A program made the position numbers and the translations under genes. DNA of 63,845 nucleotides, counting the filler. It is 4 parts of 4 records of this genome, joined end to end, with 100 filler letters (N's around TTAATTAATTAA, not from the genome) between each part and the next. Parts side by side here need not be neighbours in the genome. Positions count along the whole stretch, not along the records: positions 38,261 to 58,335 come from SRR2962707_2174; 3 more parts are not named here. One strand, written 5' to 3'. The stretch's first letter is position 1, and each line of letters begins with the position of its first letter. Under the pieces are notes generated by a model. It ran no database searches, was not told the DNA's origin, and saw only the letters and a list, made by a program, of their open reading frames with translations. This document shows, piece after piece, positions 38,319 through 49,208 of this stretch.

Positions 38319-40388
38319 CTATTCTACTTTGAAAGTATCCTCTGCAATATCTTGGTTTACCAACACCTCAGATGCTTTCATCTCGATCTTCTGTGGACCC
38401 ATTGTCTGTTTCAATGTATGTGGAAACATAACACCATTCACTTCTTTATAATCCAGATAATCAACGGTTTGAGTAAACGCACCTTGTGGTGTTTCTGTCG
38501 TTTTACTATATCTGGTTTTTAATCCAGTATTTACGTCGAAATAAACTGTATAGTTGTTTCCTTTAGACAATTTAACATCAACGGCGTATGCATCGCTACC
38601 ATTTACTTCCTCTATGGCAGACAGCTTCAATTCTGCTCCGAGTTCTTTTAAAGCTAGCTCACTAAAAAGGGCATTTGAAATCACTTGTTCTTCAATGGTT
38701 GCTTCATCTAGAGTAGGCTTATTCCCCATCTGGGCGATTGAAGCAGTCTGTCCATCAGAAACGCTGGACATCACAGTCATTCCTCCCATTCCAACACTCG
38801 TATTTGCTTTCATACCCTTTGCCATTATTTGGGTCATTTCAAGCTGCCTACCCATCATTTCTCCAGACATTTTGATAGTCACGTTTTCAATTTTGCTGAT
38901 TGCGTTCTCACCACCTAATGCTTTCTTATAATCAGCAATGACTTTTTCTGCAGTCAGTCCTTCTGGCAACTTAGCCAATGATGGATCCACCTCATTTCCA
39001 TACGTATCGTAGTATGTCAGCGTGCCAAATTCTTTTAGCTTCTCTGAAACCTCGCTGGCTTTACCCACCACATTGATGTAGGCTTTTTCAGGGCTGAGAT
39101 ATTTCTGCGCAGTAGCTTTTACATCTTCGATGGTAACCGCCTGTACTTTCTGAAGATACGTATTATAATAATCCTCAGGAAGGTCATAGATGGCAGTATT
39201 TAAGGCAAAATTTGCTACGGTTTGAGGTCTTTCCAGTGACTGGGAGAAACTACCTGAGATAGAATTCTTCGCTAGTTCAAGCTCCTCCTCAGTGATCTCA
39301 CCATTTCTCATCTGCTCCATTTCATAGATCATCTGGACGATTGCACTATCAGTAACTTCATTTCGTACTTCAGCATTTGCGGTAAATCGAGAAACCAACT
39401 CATCAGAAGAAAGTGAAGAACGGCTACCATAGGTATACCCTTTGTCCTCTCTCAAGTTCATGTTTAGCTTCCCAGAGAATCCACCACCCAGGATTTGATT
39501 CATTACCCTCACCTTTATTTCATCCTCAGAACCTACCTCCAGTTTTACCGGGTAAGTAATGTTAATCACTGATTGCACTGAAGCCGACCGATTCACTAAA
39601 CTAACCTCGGTTTTTTCCGGTGCCTGAGGCATCTCAAAGGTTGGCATTGGAACTTCGCCTTGCTCCCAGCTTCCGAAATAGGTTTTTACCATTTTTTTCA
39701 TCTGCTTAGGATCCACATCACCAACAATCGCCAAATAAGAAATATTTGGTTTGAAGAAAGTTGAATGATAATTTTTCAAATCTTCAACTGAGATATTGTT
39801 TGTTGTCTCCTCTGTCTGAATCTCACCATAGGGGTGATCTTTTCCATAAACAATGGCCTGATTTAAATTCCCCGCAATAGCATTCGGATCATCCTTGGCT
39901 GAAGCCAGCCCGGAGAGGGTCTGCTTTCTGATTTTCTCCAGTTCTTCTTCAGGAAAGGTTGGATTGAAAGCCACATCAGTCATCAGTTCCATGATTTTTT
40001 CCTGATATTTCGATAGTCCCGATGCAAACACATTCGTTGATCCAGCGAAAACTGAAGCACCAATAAAATCAATCTCCTCATCCAACTGCTCTTTGTTTCG
40101 GGTCTCCGTTCCGCGCATCATCATCTGACCAACCATGCTCAGGTATCCAACTTTATCTTCTTCCAAAAGTGGTTCACGATCTACCAGAAGATTGAAACTC
40201 ACTCTTGGAAGTTTGTGATTCTCGATGATAAAAACTTTCAGTCCATTCTTCAATTCGAATGTTTCATATTCCCCAATGTTGATTGGTCTTGGGGTTGCCG
40301 GTTCCGGCAATTTGCTCCGATCCACCTGTGCAAAAGCACCTACTATTCCGATGGTCAGAAAGAGGGTAAGTATATTTCTTAAGTTCAT
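38319..40388 (-). CDS. M16B peptidase non-catalytic partner with extra C-terminal domain
   Basis: LKNGLKV; no HxxEH; LNMNLREDKGYTYG (R/Y pair); about 210-aa beta-rich extension. Confidence 0.9.
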   Translation of the reverse strand: MNLRNILTLFLTIGIVGAFAQVDRSKLPEPATPRPINIGEYETFELKNGLKVFIIENHKLPRVSFNLLVDREPLLEEDKVGYLSMVGQMMMRGTETRNKEQLDEEIDFIGASVFAGSTNVFASGLSKYQEKIMELMTDVAFNPTFPEEELEKIRKQTLSGLASAKDDPNAIAGNLNQAIVYGKDHPYGEIQTEETTNNISVEDLKNYHSTFFKPNISYLAIVGDVDPKQMKKMVKTYFGSWEQGEVPMPTFEMPQAPEKTEVSLVNRSASVQSVINITYPVKLEVGSEDEIKVRVMNQILGGGFSGKLNMNLREDKGYTYGSRSSLSSDELVSRFTANAEVRNEVTDSAIVQMIYEMEQMRNGEITEEELELAKNSISGSFSQSLERPQTVANFALNTAIYDLPEDYYNTYLQKVQAVTIEDVKATAQKYLSPEKAYINVVGKASEVSEKLKEFGTLTYYDTYGNEVDPSLAKLPEGLTAEKVIADYKKALGGENAISKIENVTIKMSGEMMGRQLEMTQIMAKGMKANTSVGMGGMTVMSSVSDGQTASIAQMGNKPTLDEATIEEQVISNALFSELALKELGAELKLSAIEEVNGSDAYAVDVKLSKGNNYTVYFDVNTGLKTRYSKTTETPQGAFTQTVDYLDYKEVNGVMFPHTLKQTMGPQKIEMKASEVLVNQDIAEDTFKVE

Positions 40389-40410
40389 AATTTCTTTGCT
40401 TTTAATAGGT

Positions 40411-41760
40411 TTATTGATCGTCTAGTTTTTCATCCTCCGGCTTCTGCTGAGCAGATTTAGGCAGGTAGTAAAGCGTTACCCGGTTATCCGGAGTGAGGTA
40501 TTTCTTTGCCACTCGCTTGATATCCTCTTTCGTCACCGCCATGTATCGGTCAATTTCACTATTGATCAAATTGGCATCACCATAATAAACATGGTAGTCT
40601 GCCAGACTCTCAGCAATTCCTCTAACTGTGCTATTTGAGCTCACAAAATTGTTCTCAATTTGATTTTGTAGTTTTTGGAATTCTCTATCACTGATATCCT
40701 CGTTCTTAACCCGCTCAATCTCAGCCATCATCGCCTCCTCGAGTTCTTCAGGAGTATTCCCTACGTTAACAAGACCAAGAGAAACAAAAAGACCTCCATC
40801 TTCCAAGGCAAAAGGAAATGAGCCTACAAAAGCAGCAATCTGCTTCTCATCAACAATCTCCTTTTGGAATCTCGAACTTTGCCCCCCTGAAAGAAGAGTT
40901 GTTAGCATTTGCATTGCATAGTAATCATCTGATCCTTGCTCCGCCATTCGATATGCCTGGAATACGCCAGGAAGCTGCACATTATCAAATACCTCTTCTC
41001 TCACTTCACCTCCTAAATCAGGAGCTTCAATTTCCGGGCGAGGAATGTCTTTTGTCCCTTTAGGGATTTCAGCAAAATATTTCTCAACCAGCTTCTTTGT
41101 TTCCTCAATCTGGATATCTCCGGCGATCGACAGAGTTGCATTATTTGGCACATAGAAGGTCTCGAAAAAATCTTTGAAGTCTTCTTCTGTGGCATTATCT
41201 ATATCCTCGAAAGAGCCAATTGGTGTCCATGAATAAGGAGTGCCTTCATATGCTTTTCCAAAAATTTTCTCCTGGAAAGACATATAAGGCTGGTTGTCAA
41301 TTCGAGTTCTTTTTTCCTCTTTTACTACTTCCTTCTGCGTAGCTACGCCAGTACTATCAATCTTGGCATGAAGCATTCTCTCTGACTCCATGTACAGACC
41401 TAGCTCCAGCTGATGTGATGGAAGTGTCTCATAATAAAAGGTCCGATCAAATGAGGTGTTTGCATTCAGCTGACCACCTGCATTTTGAATGATTTTGAAG
41501 AATTCTCCTCTTGGAATATTGGGAGATCCCTCAAACATGAGGTGCTCAAAGAAGTGAGCAAAGCCCGTTCTACCGTTCGGTTCATTTTTTGAACCAACAT
41601 GGTACAGGACAGATACATTAACAATCGGAGTTGAGTTATCCTGGTGAAGGATCACATGCAATCCATTGTCCAGGTCATACTCCACAAAATCAATTCGCCG
41701 CTCCTGAGCCAATGCTCCGAAAACTGCGAATAACAGGATTAAGATTAGGGTATTTCGCAT
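40411..41760 (-). CDS. M16B zinc peptidase, catalytic subunit
   Basis: TGFAHFFEHLMF (HxxEH), NANTSFDRT, VVKEEKR. Confidence 0.95.
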   Translation of the reverse strand: MRNTLILILLFAVFGALAQERRIDFVEYDLDNGLHVILHQDNSTPIVNVSVLYHVGSKNEPNGRTGFAHFFEHLMFEGSPNIPRGEFFKIIQNAGGQLNANTSFDRTFYYETLPSHQLELGLYMESERMLHAKIDSTGVATQKEVVKEEKRTRIDNQPYMSFQEKIFGKAYEGTPYSWTPIGSFEDIDNATEEDFKDFFETFYVPNNATLSIAGDIQIEETKKLVEKYFAEIPKGTKDIPRPEIEAPDLGGEVREEVFDNVQLPGVFQAYRMAEQGSDDYYAMQMLTTLLSGGQSSRFQKEIVDEKQIAAFVGSFPFALEDGGLFVSLGLVNVGNTPEELEEAMMAEIERVKNEDISDREFQKLQNQIENNFVSSNSTVRGIAESLADYHVYYGDANLINSEIDRYMAVTKEDIKRVAKKYLTPDNRVTLYYLPKSAQQKPEDEKLDDQ

Positions 41761-41812
41761 ATTAGTTTGGTTTTACGATTAGTACAAATACAATATTAAT
41801 TAGATGAAATCA

Positions 41813-42811
41813 TTATCTGCCAATCTTGTTCAGAACATCCTTCACATGATTTTCGCTTAGCCTTGGACCAAACTTGCTTACGACCGCTGAGCTAGCGGCA
41901 CTTGCCAGCTTACCCGCCTCCTCATGTGACTGTCCATTGGTAATTCCATACAGAAAAGCACCTGCAAACATGTCACCAGCTCCGGTTGCATCCACAGCTT
42001 TTGTAGGGAACGGCGCAATTTCATAGTAAGTAGTGCCGTCATAAACAACAGCACCATCCTTTCCTTTGGTAATTACAAATTCCTTAGCAACCTTCCTGAT
42101 CGCTTCTTTGGCTGCTTCCATCCCCTCCACTCCGGCGAAAAGTTCGGCTTCATGAATATTACAGAAAAGCAGATCCACACCATCACCAACAATTTCTTTC
42201 ATTTGATCGCCAAAGTATTTTACCATGGATGGGTCTGAAAAAGTAAGACTGACTTTGACATTATTTTCCCGTGCAATCCTTTTAGCTTCTTTCATAGCTT
42301 CAAGCCCTGTCGGAGATGAAACCAAAAAACCTTCCATGAACAAGTAGCTGGCATTCTTTATAGCTTCTTCGCTTAGTTCATTTTTTGAAAAATCTGTTGT
42401 GATGCCCAGATAGCTATTCATCGTACGCTCGGCATCCGGGGTGATCATCACCAGGCATTTCCCTGTTGTTCCTTTATGCAAATGGTTAGGATCCAGATTT
42501 GTATCAATGCCTGCCTTGATAAGGTCATTTGCATACAATTCGCCATCAGAATCATCAGCTACTTTGCACGTGTAGTACCCTTTACCACCAAACTCTGCCA
42601 GACCAAAAATGGTGTTCGCAGCTGATCCACCTCCTTGTTTTTTTCTTATCTTCCCTTGCACTCCCTCTAGCAAAACTCCTTGCCGTTCTTCATCCACGAG
42701 TGTCATTAAGCCTTTTTCTACTCCATTATCCTTAAAGAATTGGTCTTCTACTTCAATTTCATAATCAACCAGCGCATTACCAATGGCACATACATCGTAC
42801 TTCTTGTTCAT
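41813..42811 (-). CDS. PfkB-family (adenosine kinase-like) kinase
   Basis: IGNALVD, GGSAANT, DATGAGDMFAG. Confidence 0.93.
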   Translation of the reverse strand: MNKKYDVCAIGNALVDYEIEVEDQFFKDNGVEKGLMTLVDEERQGVLLEGVQGKIRKKQGGGSAANTIFGLAEFGGKGYYTCKVADDSDGELYANDLIKAGIDTNLDPNHLHKGTTGKCLVMITPDAERTMNSYLGITTDFSKNELSEEAIKNASYLFMEGFLVSSPTGLEAMKEAKRIARENNVKVSLTFSDPSMVKYFGDQMKEIVGDGVDLLFCNIHEAELFAGVEGMEAAKEAIRKVAKEFVITKGKDGAVVYDGTTYYEIAPFPTKAVDATGAGDMFAGAFLYGITNGQSHEEAGKLASAASSAVVSKFGPRLSENHVKDVLNKIGR

Positions 42812-43692
42812 TTTTTCTTTGTTAAAGTCAATGCCCGGTCCGGATAATCAGTAATTATCCCATCAACCTCCCAGGCTAATACTTTGTTTAATTCATCGAA
42901 ATCGTTGACTGTCCAGGGAATTACCTTCATCCCGGTACCTTGGATTTCTTTCACAATTTCCTGCGAAAGTAATTGATAATAGGGGGAATAGATTTCCGGT
43001 TTGAAACCAAGTGAATCAATGTTCGTCTTCCAGGATTGCTCATTTTCAATCAATAAAGCGAGTTGGACATGAGGGTATTCCTTTTTGAAATATTGCAATG
43101 TTCGAAAATCAAAGGACTGAATGGTGATTCGATTCAATATTCCTTTCTTCTGAACTAAATCAAAAACCAGATCTGAAAATACCTCTGGTGAAGGATGAAA
43201 AATAGTATCTGTCTCCTTCTTGGTCTTCAGTTCAATGTTATATCGAAGAGGTGAAAGATTTTTGCTTTTAGAGAAAGACTCCACACTGTCAATAACATCA
43301 GAAAGAAGTGGTTTGATCGTATTTATTTGCTTTTGCTCCGGGAAACGAGGGTTTTGAGTAGACCCGCAATCAAATTGTTTGATCTCTTTATAGGTCAGTT
43401 CATATATATTAATAACCGAATCCTCCGGTATTGGATTACCATAAGTATCTAAACAAAAGACTGAAGAAAAAAATGGCTCATGACTAACCACTAGCTGGTT
43501 GTCTTTTGAAACAACAAGATCCATTTCAAGCGTAGTGACGCCCAATTCAGCCGCCATGATAAAAGCCGGAAGACTATTTTCGGGAGCGAGCCCTCTTGCA
43601 CCTCTATGACCTTGTATATCCATGCCAATGCGTATCTCTTTTTTAGGAGAGCAGCACAGCAAAATAATTGATAACACAATGAAATTCCTCAT
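42808..43692 (-). CDS. Glycerophosphodiester phosphodiesterase (probable lipoprotein)
   Basis: GHRGARGLAPENS, EMD, NIELK, WTVN, DGIITDYP. Confidence 0.95.
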   Translation of the reverse strand: MRNFIVLSIILLCCSPKKEIRIGMDIQGHRGARGLAPENSLPAFIMAAELGVTTLEMDLVVSKDNQLVVSHEPFFSSVFCLDTYGNPIPEDSVINIYELTYKEIKQFDCGSTQNPRFPEQKQINTIKPLLSDVIDSVESFSKSKNLSPLRYNIELKTKKETDTIFHPSPEVFSDLVFDLVQKKGILNRITIQSFDFRTLQYFKKEYPHVQLALLIENEQSWKTNIDSLGFKPEIYSPYYQLLSQEIVKEIQGTGMKVIPWTVNDFDELNKVLAWEVDGIITDYPDRALTLTKKK

Positions 43693-44768
43693 GCTAAAAA
43701 TTTGATCCGGGTGAAGATGTAATCCAGAGATTCTTCATTGATGACCAGACGATAATAATCCGAATCGCCTAGTTGCTCCGGTTCGTACCCACTACTTTTT
43801 AAGTATTTTTTACTGATCTTTTTATCAAACCAGTGTACAAGTCGAATCTTATCATCTTCAATTTCGAGGCACGTCATTCCCCTCTTGCCCACAACACATC
43901 CGGAATTAAAGAGGCATGGAATGTGAAATAGTGTATTGTATACGTAGCTCTGGAAACTATGATCCTTGTTCTCCTTGTAGTATTTCTTCAGCTCCTTTTT
44001 ATGGGACTTAATCTCTGCCTTTATTTCATCATGATCCTCATCATCTGCATAGGAATAATCCCTGCAGAGCTGCTCGATTTTGTACTTAAGCCTGTCCACT
44101 TTGTGTAGTGACTCAAAAAGTGGTCGATGGGTATGGCCAATGATAGAAACCACCTTATTGAATGATGAAAAACCATACACCCTTTTCTCAATTTTATATT
44201 GCTTCTGACTACTATGAGAAACCGAATAGCTTTTAATGCCCAGCGGGTTAGCGAAATATTTTAGCGTAAACCCAATGAGCTCATTATGCTCCTGGTATTT
44301 TTTGCTGGCCTGGTGGCCATGAAAGATGAATAAATTATGCTTTCCAAATCTCAATCGAAGTGACTCATAGTGCTTATAATCAAAAGGGAGCTCTTTCATT
44401 AGCTGAAGCTCCAGATCATGATTGCCTATTGTTTTGAAAAGTGATTTTTTTGCATTGAAGCGATCAAAAAGGTCATAAATCTCTTTCCACTTATTTACGA
44501 TCTTCTTTAGTTGAAACCGTTGCAATTCTTCTATATCACCATTCAAGATTAACGCATGATCCTTTTCCAGATAGTATTCCTTTAATGCAGTGCTAAAAAG
44601 ATTCGCATTTTGCTTGAAATCGTCGGTGGATCCCCCATCCCCCATGTGCAAATCAGAAAATATCACCCATCGCTTTTTTGATTTCACATCAAAAGACGGA
44701 CTCTCACCATAGAGCTTATCCAATTTTCTGTAAAGTGCCTTTGTGCTTATCTGATTCTTCTTGGCCAT
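43689..44768 (-). CDS. Calcineurin-like metallophosphoesterase
   Basis: SDLH, GD, GNHD, HGH, GHTH motifs. Confidence 0.9.
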   Translation of the reverse strand: MAKKNQISTKALYRKLDKLYGESPSFDVKSKKRWVIFSDLHMGDGGSTDDFKQNANLFSTALKEYYLEKDHALILNGDIEELQRFQLKKIVNKWKEIYDLFDRFNAKKSLFKTIGNHDLELQLMKELPFDYKHYESLRLRFGKHNLFIFHGHQASKKYQEHNELIGFTLKYFANPLGIKSYSVSHSSQKQYKIEKRVYGFSSFNKVVSIIGHTHRPLFESLHKVDRLKYKIEQLCRDYSYADDEDHDEIKAEIKSHKKELKKYYKENKDHSFQSYVYNTLFHIPCLFNSGCVVGKRGMTCLEIEDDKIRLVHWFDKKISKKYLKSSGYEPEQLGDSDYYRLVINEESLDYIFTRIKFLA

Positions 44769-44873
44769 TTGTGGATTTCAAAGGAAATCAAGTTGCCAAG
44801 TTAGAAATTCTACTATCAAATAAGGGTTGTATTTTAACACCTAGAGCAAAAAGATAACATTGAGATAACCATC

Positions 44874-45341
44874 TTACTGATTCATCTTCTCCCAGTTTGA
44901 GTCTGCTTTCACTTTATAGCTTTTCGGGTCAGTATTCCATTCCTCCTTTAAGCTTCCAGTCAGTGAAGTCATCCAATCATCATAAAACAGCTGAAGTTTC
45001 CCATCCTGGATTTGCCACATTGTAGGGTCGGGCTCCATTTTACCAGAAGTTTCTGCTACTGCATAAGCGCACCAACCTCCATATGCAGGTAGATATTTAG
45101 TTGGCTTTTCCTGAAAAAGTAACCGGTTTTTGGTGTTGGAGAAATAGTATTTCAATCCTTCATAGGTGACGACTTCATCCTCTATCCCCACTTTAGGTTC
45201 TCCTTGCTCAAAATAGGCTACAGGATCATAACCTGCTAATGCAACACCGTTCAGATTGTATACCGGGCCTTTTGGTTCTTCTGGGCTGCTGGAGCATGAA
45301 AACAAGATTAAAGCAGGCAATAAATAAACAATTCTCTTCAT
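44874..45341 (-). CDS. YHS-domain lipoprotein
   Basis: Lipobox LFSC; GYDPVAYF; YLPAYGGWCAY. Confidence 0.88.
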   Translation of the reverse strand: MKRIVYLLPALILFSCSSSPEEPKGPVYNLNGVALAGYDPVAYFEQGEPKVGIEDEVVTYEGLKYYFSNTKNRLLFQEKPTKYLPAYGGWCAYAVAETSGKMEPDPTMWQIQDGKLQLFYDDWMTSLTGSLKEEWNTDPKSYKVKADSNWEKMNQ

Positions 45342-45486
45342 GACTAATTTTTGATTTTGGTCTGAATACGAATCGGATTAGAAGTTGGCTAAAGAAAAAA
45401 GCGCTAAGGTTTATTGAGGTCTTGGAGCAGACATTCGGATTTTTTCATAAACTGATTATTTTAGTGATTCACACATACCTAACCAC

Positions 45487-45840
45487 ATGCCAGAAATAAA
45501 AAAGATTACTCACAAAGGAAAAGAGATTATTTATGTCGATTATCGGGGACAGTCTGAGGATGAGATGTTAGAAACCGCATCCTCCTTGAGAGATTTTTTA
45601 CTATCTGACCCTGGTGAACATCTCCGGCTTGTAAATATCACCGAGACTCCAGCTACGAGAAAGTTCACTGCTTTTATACGTGAAATGGGTAAAGAAACTA
45701 AACATGTCCCGGTCAAAGGAGCAGTCGTTGGAATTACTGGGGCTAAGAAAGTGCTTCTCTCAGGGTACAATCGATTGCTTGGTGGAGCTATGCGTCCTTT
45801 TGATGATGAGGAAACGGCGAAAGAATATTTGGTAAGTTGA
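45487..45840 (+). CDS. Hypothetical protein (possibly STAS/SpoIIAA-like fold)
   Basis: 117-aa ORF; HKGKEIIYVDY start, FDDEETAKEYL end; followed by a hairpin. Confidence 0.7.
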   Translation: MPEIKKITHKGKEIIYVDYRGQSEDEMLETASSLRDFLLSDPGEHLRLVNITETPATRKFTAFIREMGKETKHVPVKGAVVGITGAKKVLLSGYNRLLGGAMRPFDDEETAKEYLVS

Positions 45841-45843
45841 AAC

Positions 45844-45871
45844 AAAAAGGCAGCCCCCTCGGAGCTGCCTT
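45844..45871. terminator. Terminator between convergent genes
   Basis: AAGGCAGC-N9-GCTGCCTT with A-tract on the left (U-tract for the minus-strand gene). Confidence 0.65.
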
Positions 45872-45903
45872 GACAAAACCACCTTTAGTTCTGCCTGCCT
45901 TAG

Positions 45904-48354
45904 TTATCGTTTAAGGATTCGATGAGAAGTTCTTTGGCCGTCCTGATCTTGGATTTGGAGAATGTAGGTGCCTTCTTTCAGATTTGAAAGATCAAGACTG
46001 GATGATGACTGCTCTATTACAATCTGCCCTCCCAAATCAAGCAATCGAAGCGATTTCAACCTTTTTCTTTTTGTATCCACAGTTAACATTTCTGAAACCG
46101 GGTTCGGGTAGATAGTAATGCTTTCGTCCTCAAGTGCCGAAAGAACTTCCTCTATCGTCAGTGTGCCATCAGTTAGTTGTAGATTATAATTATCATCCGA
46201 TCCTCCGGAAAGGACAATATCATAGGTTCCTGCTGACCCGGCCGTAGCGGTGGTTGAGGCGGCTGGTTTGTTGTCTATGGCTGTTTCATCTTCATTATTT
46301 ACAAATCCTGAATAAGTGAGTGCAAAGGAAGCAGGAAGTGAGTCTTCTTCTGTTATAGTAACATCATTGGCAGTTACTGAGAGCGGGGCTTTAGTGATGG
46401 TAAGTGTACCCGATGTATTCGTCACACTGTAGTTGCCCAGTTTATTATCCGGATCATTCAAAGAAGCTGTGATATCAAAACTACCAGCCACTGACCCATC
46501 CGCTTGTGTAGCATAAGTTGCGGAGATATTGTCGTTGTTTACAACCCCAGTTACAGTACCATCAAAGGTGGGAAGAGTGACTCCATAAGTAACAGATTTA
46601 TCATTGGCGATTACTGAGAGCGGAGCTTTATTGACAACAATACTAACTGTCTTTGAATTGCTCAAGCATGTACCATCGCTTCCCACACTTGCCTCAATAT
46701 CAAAACTTCCATTGACGGCCTGATCGGGTCTGAATTTTAATCCTGCTGCGCCTGCAGAAAGCGATACGTAATCTCCATTATTTATTTGAGTGCTTTCATC
46801 ATTTAGATATAGTGTTCCTCCTTGAATGTTGGTAATCCTATAATGATTAGAAATCTGATCATCAGCATCAGGTGACATGACTAGCCCAGTGCTATTGAAT
46901 GTTCCATAAAAAGTAGTTGCTGCTGAGACTGCTGGTTCAATTGGACCCTCTACGTTAAGCTGAACCAAAGAATCAAGTCCAGACTCTGAAATAAACAACT
47001 CCGAATAAACACCTGGTTCAGTAATCGTTTGTGTTCCTAATGCAATTGATTCACCGGGACAGATTGTCTGATTCAAAGTCTGATTGTATGACAGATCAAA
47101 ATATCTGACAACACCACCAATTGTTTCGAGTTGCGAGCCAATCAAAAGTTTGCTTCCTTCAAAAGCAACTGAAACTCCTAGGTTTCCATTGGCGGAATAA
47201 GCTATTCCATCAATTTCATGTAAGGTGTTTCCTGAGAGCATGTCATAGATTAGGACTGATCCAACAGGAGAATTATTCCCCATTGTTGGACCCGTAGATG
47301 CCCCGTTACCGATAACGATTATATTTCCCTGCAAGACGATATCGGTATTGGAAAATACATTTGAAAAACCTGGAAAAGGCATGTATGAAGGCAATGGAAT
47401 AAGCTCTTGCTCATTCTGAGTGGATTGTGATGACCACATTGCATCCTCCTTCTTAAACACATAAACATTGGTCTCACTGGCGGAGCTTACATCGGCTGCC
47501 CCTATTGTCGTTATGACGTCTTGAGTAGAAAAAACAATTCCTCCAAATCCATCATTATTTGATCTATCTGATCCAAAAAGTATTATGTCCTCTACTGTAG
47601 TATTGGCCCATGTGCCACTTACGGGTCTTTCAAAAACATGTAATGTACCGGCACTTGATCCGGTGAAAGCTCCACTTACGATAATATCGTCACCAAACGT
47701 AGCAGACTGACCTAAATAGTCTGCACCTCCCACATTCGTAGAGGTTAACTCGGCTCTCAAAAACGCAGAAGTCCATGATGAGCCACTCTTTTCGAAAACA
47801 TATATACGACCGGCTGAAAGCGTCCCTCCAACATCTTCACGCGGAGCACCCACCAATATTTCAGGTCCGTTAATATCAACACTAGCACCGAACCCAGACT
47901 GGTTAGCAGCAGTTGGGGGAGCAGGAGTGTTAAGCTTAATTGTTTCTGTCATATCGGTCCAGCCGCTAACAGGCTTCTCAAAAATGTAAGCTCCCTGATT
48001 GGCATAATCATTTCCGGCATTAGCAACAACAATTACATCTCCCTCCATGGCAATTGCATTTCCAAATCCTTTGCCAGCAGACTGATCACTACTGGTAAGC
48101 TTAGCCACCTCTACCCATTCATTACTAGTAGTATTGAGTTCGAAGACATACACAGCTCCTGCTCCTGCATTGTGGCCAGGGGCTGAAATTACGGCTGTAT
48201 TGCCGCTAATTTCTATTTCTCTTCCAAATTGATCCACACTTCCCGAACCATTGGGGGTATCGCTTCCCCGGAAGGTTTGTATTTCGGTGAGACTTTGTGA
48301 AAAGCTAATAAGCACGGTGAGCACCATAGCTAAGGCAAGTGAAATTCGATTCAT
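45904..48354 (-). CDS. T9SS type-A-sorted protein with FG-GAP beta-propeller and MBG-like repeats
   Basis: Signal peptide; FG.S/A..GA..GAVYVF repeats; two KAPLSV.AND modules; IYPNP..LSNLKEGTYIL CTD. Confidence 0.88.
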   Translation of the reverse strand: MNRISLALAMVLTVLISFSQSLTEIQTFRGSDTPNGSGSVDQFGREIEISGNTAVISAPGHNAGAGAVYVFELNTTSNEWVEVAKLTSSDQSAGKGFGNAIAMEGDVIVVANAGNDYANQGAYIFEKPVSGWTDMTETIKLNTPAPPTAANQSGFGASVDINGPEILVGAPREDVGGTLSAGRIYVFEKSGSSWTSAFLRAELTSTNVGGADYLGQSATFGDDIIVSGAFTGSSAGTLHVFERPVSGTWANTTVEDIILFGSDRSNNDGFGGIVFSTQDVITTIGAADVSSASETNVYVFKKEDAMWSSQSTQNEQELIPLPSYMPFPGFSNVFSNTDIVLQGNIIVIGNGASTGPTMGNNSPVGSVLIYDMLSGNTLHEIDGIAYSANGNLGVSVAFEGSKLLIGSQLETIGGVVRYFDLSYNQTLNQTICPGESIALGTQTITEPGVYSELFISESGLDSLVQLNVEGPIEPAVSAATTFYGTFNSTGLVMSPDADDQISNHYRITNIQGGTLYLNDESTQINNGDYVSLSAGAAGLKFRPDQAVNGSFDIEASVGSDGTCLSNSKTVSIVVNKAPLSVIANDKSVTYGVTLPTFDGTVTGVVNNDNISATYATQADGSVAGSFDITASLNDPDNKLGNYSVTNTSGTLTITKAPLSVTANDVTITEEDSLPASFALTYSGFVNNEDETAIDNKPAASTTATAGSAGTYDIVLSGGSDDNYNLQLTDGTLTIEEVLSALEDESITIYPNPVSEMLTVDTKRKRLKSLRLLDLGGQIVIEQSSSSLDLSNLKEGTYILQIQDQDGQRTSHRILKR

Positions 48355-48407
48355 AGTGCAATTTTTAATAGGCAAATTGCGGCCTATTAGAGATTGATTT
48401 GAGCTAG

Positions 48408-48460
48408 TCTAGGGAGCGATGTTGTCTCTCTAAGGAACGTATGTGAAATTCTAATGAACG
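48408..48460 (-). promoter_or_regulatory. Three direct repeats at exact 21-bp period, putative LytTR operator
   Basis: + strand TCTAGGGAGCG (48408), TCTAAGGAACG (48429), TCTAATGAACG (48450). Confidence 0.72.
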
Positions 48461-48464
48461 GAAA

Positions 48465-49208
48465 TTACTGCAAACCCAATCCATCCACTCTTTGCAAAAA
48501 CTCTTCTTTTTTACGCTGAGAAATTGGCACCCTGCTTCCATCGGATAATTCTACCTCACCCCCATCCGATTTATGGATTTGTTTTATGTGCTTTAGATTA
48601 ATCAAGTGAGATTTATGCACCCGGAAAAAATCGGCCGGAGTAAGCAGTTCATCATAATAGCCCATCGTTTTTGACACCACTATTTTTTCTTCTGCTGTAT
48701 AAAAAATGGTGTAGCTCTGATCAGATTCACAGTGGATTATTTCTTCAAGTTTATGAATGTGAATTTTGTTTTGAGTTTTTAGTATGATCTTCTGCTCCTG
48801 CAACGTGGATTGAAGGTTATGCTGTAAGGTCTTTAAAAGTGTATCCTGATTCTCATCAATGGAGTTTTTTACTTTTGCTATGGATTCATTCAATGCTTTG
48901 AAGCTCACAGGCTTTAATAGAAAATCGACCGCACTGAAGCGGAAAGCATCCACTGCATACTTTTGGTGAGCCGTAATAAAAATCACTTTGAAATCAATCG
49001 AAGAGAACATATTTAGCAGATCAAAAGAAGTGTCAGACCCCACTTCGACATCTAACAAAACCAGATCAGGCTTAATCTTATTGATATCTGAATAAGCCTC
49101 ATCGATGCTTTTTGCGCTACCAGCTACTTGCACATCCATCTCCCCTAACATCGTCAAGGTGTTTTCAAGAATCCGGACCTCATCCTCCACTACATAAACA
49201 GTAATCAT
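48465..49208 (-). CDS. LytTR-family response regulator
   Basis: VVEDE, LLD, FITAH, FLLKP receiver; FFRVHKSHLINL LytTR domain. Confidence 0.95.
   Translation of the reverse strand: MITVYVVEDEVRILENTLTMLGEMDVQVAGSAKSIDEAYSDINKIKPDLVLLDVEVGSDTSFDLLNMFSSIDFKVIFITAHQKYAVDAFRFSAVDFLLKPVSFKALNESIAKVKNSIDENQDTLLKTLQHNLQSTLQEQKIILKTQNKIHIHKLEEIIHCESDQSYTIFYTAEEKIVVSKTMGYYDELLTPADFFRVHKSHLINLKHIKQIHKSDGGEVELSDGSRVPISQRKKEEFLQRVDGLGLQ

Noticed and set aside
44874-45341. YHS protein as a selenoprotein
   Set aside because: The GGWC position is encoded by TGC and there is no in-frame TGA
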